A DNA stretch of 64,000 bases from Thermosynechococcus sp. (GCF_025999095.1 NZ_AP024678.1:649527-713526), one strand, 5' to 3'. Numbered from the stretch's first letter, positions 19,995 through 32,956 are shown. Notes: generated by a model from the letters alone, not told the origin. Translations and numbers: made by a program.

Positions 19995-20687
19995 TTAAAT
20001 CGCTGGTGACGCTGCCCCTTGAGCAGTCGTGGGCTGACCGACCGTAAGGCGCACCGTTTGACCAAATTGCTCCAAAACCACTGTGGGTGTGGTGTTATAG
20101 GCATCGATGGCACGCACAATCACATTGCCGGCGATGGTATCTCCCACTTGCACCGTGCGAGTCACATTTTCCTTGGGCGAGCGAATAATGGCTTGTAGGC
20201 GACCATCTACCGCAGCAATACCAAGGACCTGTACGGCTTGAGCATCAACGGGTGGCGGTGGCGGTGCAGGTCGAGTTGCACCCGAGCCAGTGGTGGTGCC
20301 TGTCGAGCCGGAGCCAGTGCCTGTGCCCTTCGTGCCTGGGGCTGCAGGAGTGGCAGCCCCATTTCCAGACTTGATGCCACCCATACCAGGCAGGGGCACC
20401 GGTGCAAAGGGATTAGTGCGACCGATATCAGACAGCCCCTGAATATAAGTTTTTGGGTTTGTCGGTGGCGTTAAGGCTGCAATCACTGATCCGGCTGTCT
20501 GCGGTTCTGTTGGTTTGGGGGCTGGAGGTGACGCTGGCGGGGGAGCAGCGGTCTGATCGGTCACTTTCTGATCGGTTATTTCGGTCTCAGTGGCCGTGAA
20601 CAAACCACAGCCGCCCAGGGCGAGGGCCAACAACCCAGTTGCAATCCTGATAATAGTGCTGCGCCGGTTCAACATTTGCTGTTTCAC
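19995..20687 (-). CDS. lipoprotein with a Pro/Gly/Thr-rich linker and a C-terminal PilP/GspC-HR-like beta domain (hypothetical)
   Basis: Lipobox LALGGC, a disordered stretch PPPASPPAPKPTEP...GTGTGSGSTGTTTGSG, the motif GRTNPFAP, and the C-terminus VQVLGIAAVDGRLQAIIRSPKENVTRTVQVGDTIAGNVIVRAIDAYNTTPTVVLEQFGQTVRLTV. Confidence 0.55.
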   Translation of the reverse strand: MKQQMLNRRSTIIRIATGLLALALGGCGLFTATETEITDQKVTDQTAAPPPASPPAPKPTEPQTAGSVIAALTPPTNPKTYIQGLSDIGRTNPFAPVPLPGMGGIKSGNGAATPAAPGTKGTGTGSGSTGTTTGSGATRPAPPPPPVDAQAVQVLGIAAVDGRLQAIIRSPKENVTRTVQVGDTIAGNVIVRAIDAYNTTPTVVLEQFGQTVRLTVGQPTTAQGAASPAI

Positions 20688-20872
20688 CCTGTGATCTTGG
20701 TCTGGCGGTGCAGAGGTAGCTCTCCTGTTGCCTACTATAGGGTGTACTGTTATATTTCAGGGGCTATGCAGAGGCAGTTGTCAAAGTGGCCTGAGAGACA
20801 GCCAGTTGCTGTGGGGGCGATCGCTCGGTACACTGAGAACAACTGTAATGTTATTTACGGAATGAATCGGTC

Positions 20873-21568
20873 ATGAGTGCTAAGCCCGTCGTGATTGCTC
20901 CCTCCATTCTCTCTGCGGACTTTAGTCGTTTGGGTGAAGAGATCCAAGCGGTAGATCGGGCGGGAGCCGACTGGATCCATGTGGACGTGATGGATGGTCG
21001 TTTTGTTCCCAATATCACGATTGGGCCATTGATTGTTGAGGCGATTCGCCCCTTGACCCAAAAGCCCCTCGATGTCCACCTAATGATTGTTGAGCCAGAA
21101 AAATACGTGGCCGATTTTGCCAAGGCCGGTGCAGATATTATCTCTGTGCATGCTGAGCACAATGCCTCACCCCACCTCCATCGCACCCTCTGTCAAATTC
21201 GTGAACTGGGCAAACAGGCGGGGGTAGTGCTCAATCCCTCTAGCCCCCTTGAGCTCATTGAGTACGTCCTGGAGGTCTGTGACCTCGTTCTAATTATGAG
21301 TGTCAACCCCGGTTTTGGCGGTCAGAAGTTTATTCCGGCAGTGCTACCGAAAATTCGGCGGCTGCGGCAACTGTGTGAAGAGCGGGGCCTCGATCCCTGG
21401 ATTGAGGTGGATGGGGGTCTCAAAGCCGACAATACATGGCAAGTCCTTGAAGCCGGCGCCAATGCCATTGTGGCGGGTTCGGCCGTCTTTAATGCCCCCG
21501 ACTATGCCGCGGCGATCGCGGGTATTCGCCATAGCAAGCGTCCTAGCCCTGAGTTGGTGACTGCCTAG
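20873..21568 (+). CDS. rpe: ribulose-phosphate 3-epimerase
   Basis: [18 protein letters not shown]...[21 protein letters not shown]...[13 protein letters not shown]...VDGG. Confidence 0.97.
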   Translation: MSAKPVVIAPSILSADFSRLGEEIQAVDRAGADWIHVDVMDGRFVPNITIGPLIVEAIRPLTQKPLDVHLMIVEPEKYVADFAKAGADIISVHAEHNASPHLHRTLCQIRELGKQAGVVLNPSSPLELIEYVLEVCDLVLIMSVNPGFGGQKFIPAVLPKIRRLRQLCEERGLDPWIEVDGGLKADNTWQVLEAGANAIVAGSAVFNAPDYAAAIAGIRHSKRPSPELVTA

Positions 21569-22671
21569 GCACTGGTTTCTGATCGAGCCTGAAATCGCTG
21601 CCAGGAAAAGGCTTTGAGGTGGCGATCGCCCGTCTGGTGCAGGATCAAGTTGGCCATCAGCTTCGCTGTAATTGGGGCAAGCAAGATACCGTTGCGATAG
21701 TGTCCTGTGGCGAGGTAAAGATTGGCAGCTGGTCCTTGACCCAAAATGGGTAAGTCATCGGGGGTGGCTGGACGATACCCCCACCAGGTATCAATCACTT
21801 CATAGCTTGCCAATTCTGGAATAACGGCGGTGGCACGGTTCAGCAGTGCTTGCAGGCCAGCAACCGTAGTCCCTTCTTGAAAACCGACATCTTCACTGGT
21901 GGCACCCACCACCACTTTGCCGGAGCGTCGCGGCACAAGATAGAGCTGATCCCCAAAGATCACATGGTTCAGCAGCGGTTGCCCCGGTGGTTTCAGTGCC
22001 AACATTTGCCCCTTGCGGGGGGTGACGGGTAGAGGAAGGAGGCTTTGTGCCCAGGCTCCTGTAGCCAGAATGTAAATCCCCGCAGACCACCGGCCGCGAT
22101 CGCTCTCTAAGGCTGTAATCTCTCCCTGCGGCGTTTGCTGAAAACGTTGAACAGTAATGCCCTCAATTACCTCGATGCCAAGAATACGAGCTGCACTCAC
22201 CAGCACCTTAGCCAAGTTGCGGGTATTGACCTGACCATCTTGGGGAAACCACCAAGCCCCTAGTACACTCTCCGCAAAGCCCGGCTGATAGTTCGTAAGT
22301 TCAGACGCATCCAACCAGCGGCTGTCGGGTTCCATGGGGTGGGAGCGATCCCGCTGCCGCTCATCGGTCACGGGTGCCAAAATGCCACAGGGCCAGTAGC
22401 CCGCATCCAGCCCCGTCAGTTGTTCGAGCTTGTCAATCCAAGTGGGATACAAATTGCGGCTCGCCGTACACAAATTCCACATGGCGCCTGCCGGCAAACC
22501 TTCTGCTTGGGGGGCGAGCATTCCCGCGGCTGCATGGAGCGCTGCTTCCCGAAACCGGCGACTGAGAACGGTGGGCCGTGCCCCCCGCCATGCCAATTCG
22601 ATGGCGATCGCCAGCCCCATGGTGCCGCCACCAATAATCAAAATGTCCCGCTGTTCATCCCCCAGGATCAT
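21565..22671 (-). CDS. thiO: FAD-dependent glycine oxidase (ThiO-like)
   Basis: The [22 protein letters not shown] dinucleotide fold, a DAO-family length of 368 aa, and thiL nearby. The assignment to ThiO rather than a generic DAO is an inference. Confidence 0.6.
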   Translation of the reverse strand: MILGDEQRDILIIGGGTMGLAIAIELAWRGARPTVLSRRFREAALHAAAGMLAPQAEGLPAGAMWNLCTASRNLYPTWIDKLEQLTGLDAGYWPCGILAPVTDERQRDRSHPMEPDSRWLDASELTNYQPGFAESVLGAWWFPQDGQVNTRNLAKVLVSAARILGIEVIEGITVQRFQQTPQGEITALESDRGRWSAGIYILATGAWAQSLLPLPVTPRKGQMLALKPPGQPLLNHVIFGDQLYLVPRRSGKVVVGATSEDVGFQEGTTVAGLQALLNRATAVIPELASYEVIDTWWGYRPATPDDLPILGQGPAANLYLATGHYRNGILLAPITAKLMANLILHQTGDRHLKAFSWQRFQARSETSA

Positions 22672-22843
22672 TCTTGATGCGTCAATACCAACTTACCCAT
22701 TTGTTTATCTTGGCATCTGCCACCCCTTAAGGGTAGCCCAAACTTCATCGGACAAGACGTGCTCAGCCTACTGTCTTGAGGTGAACCCGTTATAATTTAA
22801 GAGCGATCGCGGTGGATTTGCTGCCGCTGTGTGGTAACTGTCC

Positions 22844-23353
22844 ATGATCTCATCCGGCTCTCACTACCCGATCTTTGGTCCTGAAATCCGTTGTCCCCAC
22901 TGTCGGCAAGTCATTCCCGCCCTGACCCTCACCGATACTTACCTGTGCCCGCGCCACGGCCCTTTTGAAGCAGATGCCAAAACCGGGGAATTGATGCACC
23001 TGCAATCCGGTCGCATTTGGCGTCTCTGGGAAGGCGAATGGTATCGCCAGCACACCCACCCCGACGGCATTCGCTTTGAAATCCACGATGCCCTCGATCG
23101 TCTCTACACCCAAGGCTACCGTGCCACCAAAGTCATTATTGCCGAACGCTATCGGGATCTCTTTGGCGCCTACCTCGAACGCAGTACCCCTTGGCGAGGC
23201 GCCACAGATTCGCAAATGCTGCGCCTGTTTGGCTTGCCCGTTGAGTTTAGCCCCCCCGCTAGCCAAGAGGAGCGCTGGGATGTGATTAACTTTGATCTGG
23301 AAAAAGAACCCGGTGCCCCCCTTCGCCCCCCCTATTTTCGGATGTTTGACTAG
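22844..23353 (+). CDS. conserved hypothetical protein with an N-terminal CxxC...CxxH zinc-ribbon-like motif
   Basis: 169 aa. The motif is IRCPHCRQVIPALTLTDTYLCPRHGPF. Its stop TAG (23351-23353) abuts or overlaps the thiL start. Confidence 0.6.
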   Translation: MISSGSHYPIFGPEIRCPHCRQVIPALTLTDTYLCPRHGPFEADAKTGELMHLQSGRIWRLWEGEWYRQHTHPDGIRFEIHDALDRLYTQGYRATKVIIAERYRDLFGAYLERSTPWRGATDSQMLRLFGLPVEFSPPASQEERWDVINFDLEKEPGAPLRPPYFRMFD

Positions 23354-24342
23354 TGATGCTCACCCTCGCCGACTGTGGCGAACTGGAATTGATTGCCCGT
23401 CTGCGCCCCTATTGCAACACGCAATTGGTGGGCGATGATGCGGCTGTCCTGTCGCCGCCCCCTGGTGAGCAACTCATTGTGAGTACCGATACCCTCGTGG
23501 AGGGGGTGCACTTTAGTTTGGGCATGAACGATACCCCAGTCACCATGACACCTCAGGACGTTGGCTGGCGATCGCTAGCCGCCAATTTATCAGACCTTGC
23601 AGCCATGGGGGCATTGCCCTTGGGGTTAACCGTGGGTCTAGCCGCACCTCGCAACTGTCCTGTGGCAATGATTGAGGGCATTTACCAAGGGATGGCTACC
23701 TGTGCTCAGGCCTACGGCACCAGTATTATCGGTGGTGATACCTGCCGCTCTAGTGTCCTCAGTCTCAGCATCACAGTCTTGGGCAGTGCCCCGCCAGAAC
23801 GGATTATTTATCGCAATCGCGCTCAAGTGGGGGATGTCATTGTTGTAACGGGTGTTCATGGGGCCTCCCGCGCCGGTCTCGAATGCCTTTTGTATCCCCA
23901 GGGGGCAGGCACCGTCCCTGCCGAACTGCGGCAGGCATGGATTCAAGCCCATCAACGTCCCCGACCGCGGTTGGATATTGTCCACTGGCTGCGCCAACAG
24001 GTGCCGCCGCCGCGTCTTGCCGGCATGGATAGTAGTGATGGTCTGGCAGCTGCCGTCCTGCAAATCTGTCAAGCCAGTGGGGTGGGGGCGATGCTTTGGG
24101 CAGAGCAGATTCCAATCGTGGACTATGGCGATCGCCTGCAGGCCCTGAACTGGGCGCTCTATGGCGGTGAGGATTTTGAATTGGTATTGTGCCTTTCTCC
24201 AGAATGGGCTCAGGATCTCTGTGGCGCAGCGGGTGAACGCGCCGCCATGGTCGGGGAAATTATTCCTGAAAAAAGGGTGCAACTCAGGCTCAATGGTGAA
24301 TTATTACCCGTCCAAGTCGATCGCCTCTTTCAGCACTTTTAA
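23353..24342 (+). CDS. thiL: thiamine-monophosphate kinase
   Basis: GELELIARLRPY...VGDDAAVL...IVSTDTLVEGVHF...LSDLAAMGA, an AIR-synthase-like fold. The start is either the GTG at 23353 or the ATG at 23356. Confidence 0.85.
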   Translation: MMLTLADCGELELIARLRPYCNTQLVGDDAAVLSPPPGEQLIVSTDTLVEGVHFSLGMNDTPVTMTPQDVGWRSLAANLSDLAAMGALPLGLTVGLAAPRNCPVAMIEGIYQGMATCAQAYGTSIIGGDTCRSSVLSLSITVLGSAPPERIIYRNRAQVGDVIVVTGVHGASRAGLECLLYPQGAGTVPAELRQAWIQAHQRPRPRLDIVHWLRQQVPPPRLAGMDSSDGLAAAVLQICQASGVGAMLWAEQIPIVDYGDRLQALNWALYGGEDFELVLCLSPEWAQDLCGAAGERAAMVGEIIPEKRVQLRLNGELLPVQVDRLFQHF

Positions 24343-24518
24343 GGGGTTCGTGGGTTAAAGCACAGCGACAGTGGCAGCAATGGGTGTGCAGGGAAGGGGC
24401 AGCCGTCAAGGAATATTACAAAAATTCATAAAACTTGGGGGCGATCGCCAGCAAGTCCCCATAAATTTATACATTTCTTAAAAAAATGCCGAGCCACCCC
24501 CGAATCGTTCTAATCTAA

Positions 24519-27980
<3,462 letters not shown>

Positions 27981-28018
27981 GGTACGCTGCCACTAACCAC
28001 TTGTGAATCAATCTACTA

Positions 28019-28049
28019 GCGGATGCTCCTGTAGGGGTGTCCGCTTTTT
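28019..28049 (+). terminator. rho-independent terminator of apcE
   Basis: GCGGATGCTCC-TGTA-GGGGTGTCCGC forms an 11-bp stem (3 G-U pairs) followed by TTTTT, 39 nt after the apcE stop. Confidence 0.7.
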
Positions 28050-28217
28050 GGCGCGACAAGACCACGTTAAAATATCTTAAAGATTTTCAATTCTGAAAAA
28101 CCCGCAAAATCCCGTTCTGGTAAGGGTTGGCAGTCTTTCTATAACCAGTAAAAAAATGATAGAGTACAAAAAATTCACATTTTAATTTCTATCCATTGCT
28201 GTCCCCATTGAGTAGGA

Positions 28218-28973
28218 GTGTCCGTTACTTTGGAGACCCACAAAGAAAAGATACTCGTTGTTGACGATGAAGCGAGTATTCGTCGCATCTTAGAAACTCG
28301 GCTGTCAATGATTGGCTATACCGTCGTCACTGCCGCCGATGGCGAGGAAGCCCTGACCACCTTTCGGCAGGAGCAGCCAGATTTAGTGGTGCTTGATGTG
28401 ATGATGCCGAAACTAGATGGCTATGGCGTCTGTCAAGAACTGCGCAAGGAATCGGATGTCCCGATTATTATGCTCACTGCCCTTGGCGATGTTGCCGATC
28501 GCATTACGGGGCTAGAACTGGGGGCCGATGATTATGTGGTCAAGCCCTTTTCCCCCAAGGAGTTGGAAGCCCGCATTCGCTCGGTACTGCGACGCATTGA
28601 GAAGACCAATACCTCTGGCATCCCTAGCTCCGGGGTGATTCAGGTGGGCAATATTCGCATTGACACCAATAAGCGGCAGGTCTACAAGGGGGATGAGCGC
28701 ATTCGTCTCACGGGCATGGAATTTATGCTCTTGGAATTGCTGGTAGGACGCTCGGGCGAGCCTTTCTCCCGTGCAGAAATTCTGGAGCAAGTGTGGGGGT
28801 ACACCCCCGAACGCCATGTGGATACACGGGTGGTGGATGTCCACATTTCCCGCTTGCGGGCTAAATTAGAGGAAGACCCCAGTAATCCAGAATTAATCTT
28901 GACCGCACGGGGCACAGGGTATCTCTTTCAGCGCATTACTGAACCGGGAGAAGCAAGCAACAAAAATCAATAG
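28218..28973 (+). CDS. rpaB: OmpR-family response regulator RpaB (Ycf27)
   Basis: KEKILVVDDEASIRRILETRLSMIGYTVVTAADGEEAL...DLVVLDVMMPKLDGYGVCQELRKESDVPIIMLTALGDVADRITGLELGADDYVVKPFSPKELEARIRSVLRR plus a winged-helix C-terminus. The start is either the GTG at 28218 or the TTG at 28230. Confidence 0.9.
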   Translation: MSVTLETHKEKILVVDDEASIRRILETRLSMIGYTVVTAADGEEALTTFRQEQPDLVVLDVMMPKLDGYGVCQELRKESDVPIIMLTALGDVADRITGLELGADDYVVKPFSPKELEARIRSVLRRIEKTNTSGIPSSGVIQVGNIRIDTNKRQVYKGDERIRLTGMEFMLLELLVGRSGEPFSRAEILEQVWGYTPERHVDTRVVDVHISRLRAKLEEDPSNPELILTARGTGYLFQRITEPGEASNKNQ

Positions 28974-28995
28974 CTGCTTGGCTTGAGGGTGAGCC

Positions 28996-29796
28996 ATGAA
29001 TCAAAAACGCTGGCGCTGGTCAGAGGTGGTGGGTCTAGGTCTGACGGCTGTGGCTCTAGGCATTGTTGCCTTTATGCAGCAGGATGCCCTGCGTCGATTA
29101 CAAGCTCAAACGGGCGAACAATTCACCGATGCCGAATATGAGCGCCAGAATGCTCAAACCATTACTCAAATGCAGCTTTTGGCAAAGTTACCTTCCTTTG
29201 GGTTTGACAATTTAGTTGCCGATTGGGCATTTTTGCAATTTCTGCAGTTTTTTGGGGATTCTGCTGCCCGCCAAGTCACGGGTTACGACGACGTACCTGC
29301 TTTCTTTGAGGTGATTATTGCCAAGGATCCCGGCTTTGCCCAAACCTATCCCTACCTCTCGACGGCAATTACGGTGTATGCAGGACAGCCACAAACCGCT
29401 GTGGCTTTGATGGATCGGGGGCTGGCTGCTATGGATCCCGCCTATCAACCAACGGCCTACCTGGCATGGGTGTTTCGCGCCATGGATGAATTGCTCTTTT
29501 TGGGCAAGGGCCGAGCGGCAGCCGCGTCCTACGATCGCGCGGCGGCTTGGGCAGAATTGAATCCCGATCCGCAAGTACGCGCGGCGGTACCTTATTATCG
29601 CTCCTTGGCCCAAACGCTACGGCGCAATCCTGACAGTCGCATGGCGCAAATCAATGCCTGGATTTGGGCGCTGGTGAATGCCGTGAGCGATCGCTCGCGA
29701 CAAACGGCCATAGAGAATATTGAACGCCTAGGGGGCAAAGTCTCACGGCTGCCCGATGGCACTTGGCAAATTCGCCACCCTGAAGATCTGCGGTAA
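28996..29796 (+). CDS. hypothetical membrane-anchored protein
   Basis: 266 aa with one N-terminal TM segment (VVGLGLTAVALGIVAF) and an alpha-helical, TPR-like remainder. It starts 22 nt after rpaB and ends 5 nt before the next gene. Confidence 0.6.
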   Translation: MNQKRWRWSEVVGLGLTAVALGIVAFMQQDALRRLQAQTGEQFTDAEYERQNAQTITQMQLLAKLPSFGFDNLVADWAFLQFLQFFGDSAARQVTGYDDVPAFFEVIIAKDPGFAQTYPYLSTAITVYAGQPQTAVALMDRGLAAMDPAYQPTAYLAWVFRAMDELLFLGKGRAAAASYDRAAAWAELNPDPQVRAAVPYYRSLAQTLRRNPDSRMAQINAWIWALVNAVSDRSRQTAIENIERLGGKVSRLPDGTWQIRHPEDLR

Positions 29797-29801
29797 CCCC
29801 C

Positions 29802-30998
29802 ATGGAGCGGACTATTGCCGAAATTAATGAAAAGATTACAGCAGGCAAAGCCACGGTTTGGACCCTCGCTGAACTCAAGGCCCGCCTTCAAAGCCTGAGC
29901 ATTGCTGAAGCAGCCCGCCAAGTGGATGTGATTACCACAGGCACGTTTGAACCCATGGAATCCTCGGGAGCAATTATTAACTTGGGACCGACCGATCCGC
30001 CCATTAAACTGCGGCAGTGCTGGTTCGATGGCATTCCCGCCTACAGTGGTTTTGGCGCTGTGGATCTGTACCTTGGCGCGGCCCAATCGCTGGATCCCAA
30101 CTCTGAAGGGGGAGAAGCCGACAGTCTGCGGGAACGGGGGGGTGGCCATGTCATTGCCGATTTGATTGCGGGTAAGGCCATTCCCCTACGGGCAGTGGGC
30201 TATGTTACGGATTGTTATCCCCGCGCCAGTTTAGAAACGGTGATTAGCAAAGACACCATCAACCAGTTCTATCTCTATAATCCCCGCAATTTGTATCAAA
30301 ACTTTATTGTGGGTGTGAATGGGGGCGATCGCCCCCTCTATACCTATCTCGGTCCACTGCAGCCGCAATTGGGGAATGCCGTTTATGCCTGTGGCGGTGC
30401 CCTCTCACCGCTGTTGAATGATCCCTACTTGCGATTGGTGGGGATTGGCACGCGCATTTTCCTCGGTGGTGGCATTGGTTATGTGGCCTGGGAAGGCACC
30501 CAACACTTTCCGTTGCAAAAACGTCTGGCCAACGACACCCCCATTGGCCCCGCCGCAACCCTTGCCCTCATTGGTGATGCCAAACAGATGGATCCCTTTT
30601 GGGTGCGCGGTTGCTATTTCAAGCACTATGGGGCGTCTCTGATGCTGGGGGTGGGGGTGCCGCTGCCGGTGTTGGATCAAGAGGTCATTGCCCGCTGTGC
30701 CATTCGCGATGAGGACGTAGTGGCACCGGTTATTGATTTTTCAATTCCTCGCCGGGTACGTCCCACCTTCGGCCTGGTCAACTATGCCCAACTCAAGTCG
30801 GGCAGCATCAAAATTGAAGGCAAAACCGTGCGCACTGCTCCCCTGACCAGTCTCTACTTTAGTCAACGCATTGCCGAAGTCCTCAAGGATTGGATTCACA
30901 GTGGTCGTTTTACCCTCACAGAACCCATTGCCCCTCTGCCGCGCGATCGCGCCTTTTTGCCGCAACAACCTTGGATGCCCGCTGTCAGTGAGGATTAG
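29802..30998 (+). CDS. COG1900/DUF39-family protein (homocysteine-biosynthesis / aspartate-semialdehyde sulfurtransferase-like)
   Basis: VDVITTGTFEPMESSGAIINLGPTDPPIKL...GFGAVDLYLGAAQ...RGGGHVIADLIAGK resembles the archaeal COG1900 core as I remember it. Confidence 0.55.
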   Translation: MERTIAEINEKITAGKATVWTLAELKARLQSLSIAEAARQVDVITTGTFEPMESSGAIINLGPTDPPIKLRQCWFDGIPAYSGFGAVDLYLGAAQSLDPNSEGGEADSLRERGGGHVIADLIAGKAIPLRAVGYVTDCYPRASLETVISKDTINQFYLYNPRNLYQNFIVGVNGGDRPLYTYLGPLQPQLGNAVYACGGALSPLLNDPYLRLVGIGTRIFLGGGIGYVAWEGTQHFPLQKRLANDTPIGPAATLALIGDAKQMDPFWVRGCYFKHYGASLMLGVGVPLPVLDQEVIARCAIRDEDVVAPVIDFSIPRRVRPTFGLVNYAQLKSGSIKIEGKTVRTAPLTSLYFSQRIAEVLKDWIHSGRFTLTEPIAPLPRDRAFLPQQPWMPAVSED

Positions 30999-31267
30999 TG
31001 GGGGTGGCAACCTTGCTTTCGCTATACTGACAAATAGTTCAACTGCCTTGGCCTTGGAATTCGCCAGTGCCTGACCTAGTGATTCAGGCTACTGCTGAAC
31101 TCTTGCGGATGGGTGTTTAATAAAGATATAGGAGTCTGGATGCCAGCGATCGCGGGCAACCCAAAAGTTGCATCCTTCATCAGCTCAAATCCGTCATAGG
31201 TGTTCTTACGGTTGTTGCATGTTCTAGTTGTGTGTCAGTCTCAGGATTAGGGTAGAGGTCAAGGGCT

Positions 31268-32953
31268 GTGCAGTATCTCGCCGAAGTGATTAAAAAAACG
31301 GGTTTTATGGGGACGAGATCCGAGTTGAAGTTGTTGATGCGTGAGCAGTCGGGCTATTGGCACCCTGTCCCCCAAAACGAGGAAACGATTCCCTTTGACA
31401 ATAGTCGCGACTACGGCAATGGCGTGCTGGTCTTTGTAGAAATGGCCGCCAACCGCCAAATTCAAAACGTAGATGAAGCGGCTCGCCGCCTCACGGGTAT
31501 TTTGCACGGCTTTACACGGATGCGTGAGCGTTTCCAAAGTCAAGAGGAAGAAATTGAAGGCTGGAAGCAATCCCTCTTGTATCAGGCGGAAGCGCTTAAT
31601 CAACGGGAACAGGAATTTGAGCAGCGCAAAGAAGAACTTCAAGAACTAGAGGCGCAACTGGCTGGAGCTGAAGAGCAACTGGCACAACTCAACAAACTAC
31701 GGCAGGAATTGACCGCAGAGGAAGAGCGGATTCAAGCGGAACGCCAAGCCCTTGAAAATTTACGCCACCAAGTCCATCAAGAGCAGCAGCGCTGGGAACA
31801 ATTGAAATCAAGCCACACCGTTGGCCTATCCCCAGAACAAATTCGCCAAGTGGACTTGATCTTGCAGCAGTTGGCAGAAACCCTCAACAGTAGTGGACGT
31901 CCCCAAATTGCGGAATGTTTTCAAATTTTAGACCAGCAGCAGGCCCTGCTGAGTCAATACTGGCAGCAACTGGAGCAACTAGAGCAGGAAGTGAGCCAAC
32001 GGCAAGCCACCCTAGAGCAGCAACTTCAAGCTTTCCATGCAAAGGAGGAGACCTGGCGCACCGCTCAAGAACAATTTTGGCAAGACAGTCGGGCGATCGC
32101 CCTGCAGGAGGAACTCTGCCGCTACAAACAGTCCGTTCTCGAAAAAGAACGCCACCTCCTTGCTCAACAGGAGGAAATGATCCAGCAAATGCGCCAAGCC
32201 ATGGTCAGTGATCTCACAGAGGCAGTGGATGTGAATGCCCTGATGAAAATGCCCATGGAGGAACTCGAAAAAGAAGTGGCCAACCGCGGCAACGACCTCA
32301 AGCGTGCTTCTGCCTTTGTCAACGATCAAGAAGAAGAGCTCAAAATGGCTCTGGAGTCCCTAGCAGAACTGGAGCAAAAAGTTAAAGAAGCCAGTGACTT
32401 TGATCGTCTGCAACTGGCGGGGGAACTAGAGGATGAGCGCCAGCGCTGTAATCTGCTCAATCAGGCCCTTGAGGGACAACGGCAAAATATCCGTGAAAAA
32501 GAAGCGATCTACAAAATTCACAAGCAAGTGCTAGAGGCCCGCAAGGATCCGGCCTCGCAGCAGGGCATTAGCCTCATTCCCATCCTCAGTGAACTTGAAC
32601 ACCAGTTTCAGGAGTACAGTGTGGCCGTCAATCAACTGGCAGAGGAATTGCAGTACGCCTATACCGATCTAGAAAGTTTGCGCCACGACCTCGAAGAGCG
32701 CCGCAAGCTGCAACAGCAGCAAAAAGATCAACTGAGCCAAGAAGAACAGGCACTGATTGAAGAACAACGCTTCCTCGCCGCCAAACGGGGGCAGGCGAAT
32801 CTGCTGCGGGAAATTTTACAACCCGTGCAAGATCGTCTCAATCACCTGCGCCACAGCTTAGAGGGACTCAACCAAAATATCCTCAATGGCCGTCCCGGTG
32901 CCCTCATTTCTGAGTTGCAGCAGGTGGTTATGAATCTGGGGCAGGGGGCTTAG
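31268..32953 (+). CDS. hmpF: coiled-coil pilus motility/taxis protein HmpF-like
   Basis: The N-terminus (V/M)QYLAEVIKKTGFMGTRSELKLLMREQSGYWHPVP resembles the HmpF/Slr1301 N-terminal signature MLYLAEVQK. The rest is about 450 aa of Q/E/L-rich coiled coil. GTG start. Confidence 0.6.
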   Translation: MQYLAEVIKKTGFMGTRSELKLLMREQSGYWHPVPQNEETIPFDNSRDYGNGVLVFVEMAANRQIQNVDEAARRLTGILHGFTRMRERFQSQEEEIEGWKQSLLYQAEALNQREQEFEQRKEELQELEAQLAGAEEQLAQLNKLRQELTAEEERIQAERQALENLRHQVHQEQQRWEQLKSSHTVGLSPEQIRQVDLILQQLAETLNSSGRPQIAECFQILDQQQALLSQYWQQLEQLEQEVSQRQATLEQQLQAFHAKEETWRTAQEQFWQDSRAIALQEELCRYKQSVLEKERHLLAQQEEMIQQMRQAMVSDLTEAVDVNALMKMPMEELEKEVANRGNDLKRASAFVNDQEEELKMALESLAELEQKVKEASDFDRLQLAGELEDERQRCNLLNQALEGQRQNIREKEAIYKIHKQVLEARKDPASQQGISLIPILSELEHQFQEYSVAVNQLAEELQYAYTDLESLRHDLEERRKLQQQQKDQLSQEEQALIEEQRFLAAKRGQANLLREILQPVQDRLNHLRHSLEGLNQNILNGRPGALISELQQVVMNLGQGA

Positions 32954-32956
32954 CCC

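Noticed and set aside
20845-20858. Perfect NtcA consensus GTA-N8-TAC (GTAATGTTATTTAC) upstream of rpe
   Set aside because: It ends only 15 nt before the rpe ATG, which leaves no room for the -10 box and TSS geometry of NtcA-activated promoters. The 6 specified bases are expected about 15 times by chance in 64 kb.
28170-28195. HLR1-like sequence AGTACAAAAAATTCACATT upstream of rpaB (possible autoregulation), and ATTACAAAAATTCATAAA upstream of apcE (about 24410-24430)
   Set aside because: Both need several mismatches in the TTACA cores and/or a 3-nt spacer. That is not distinguishable from AT-rich background.
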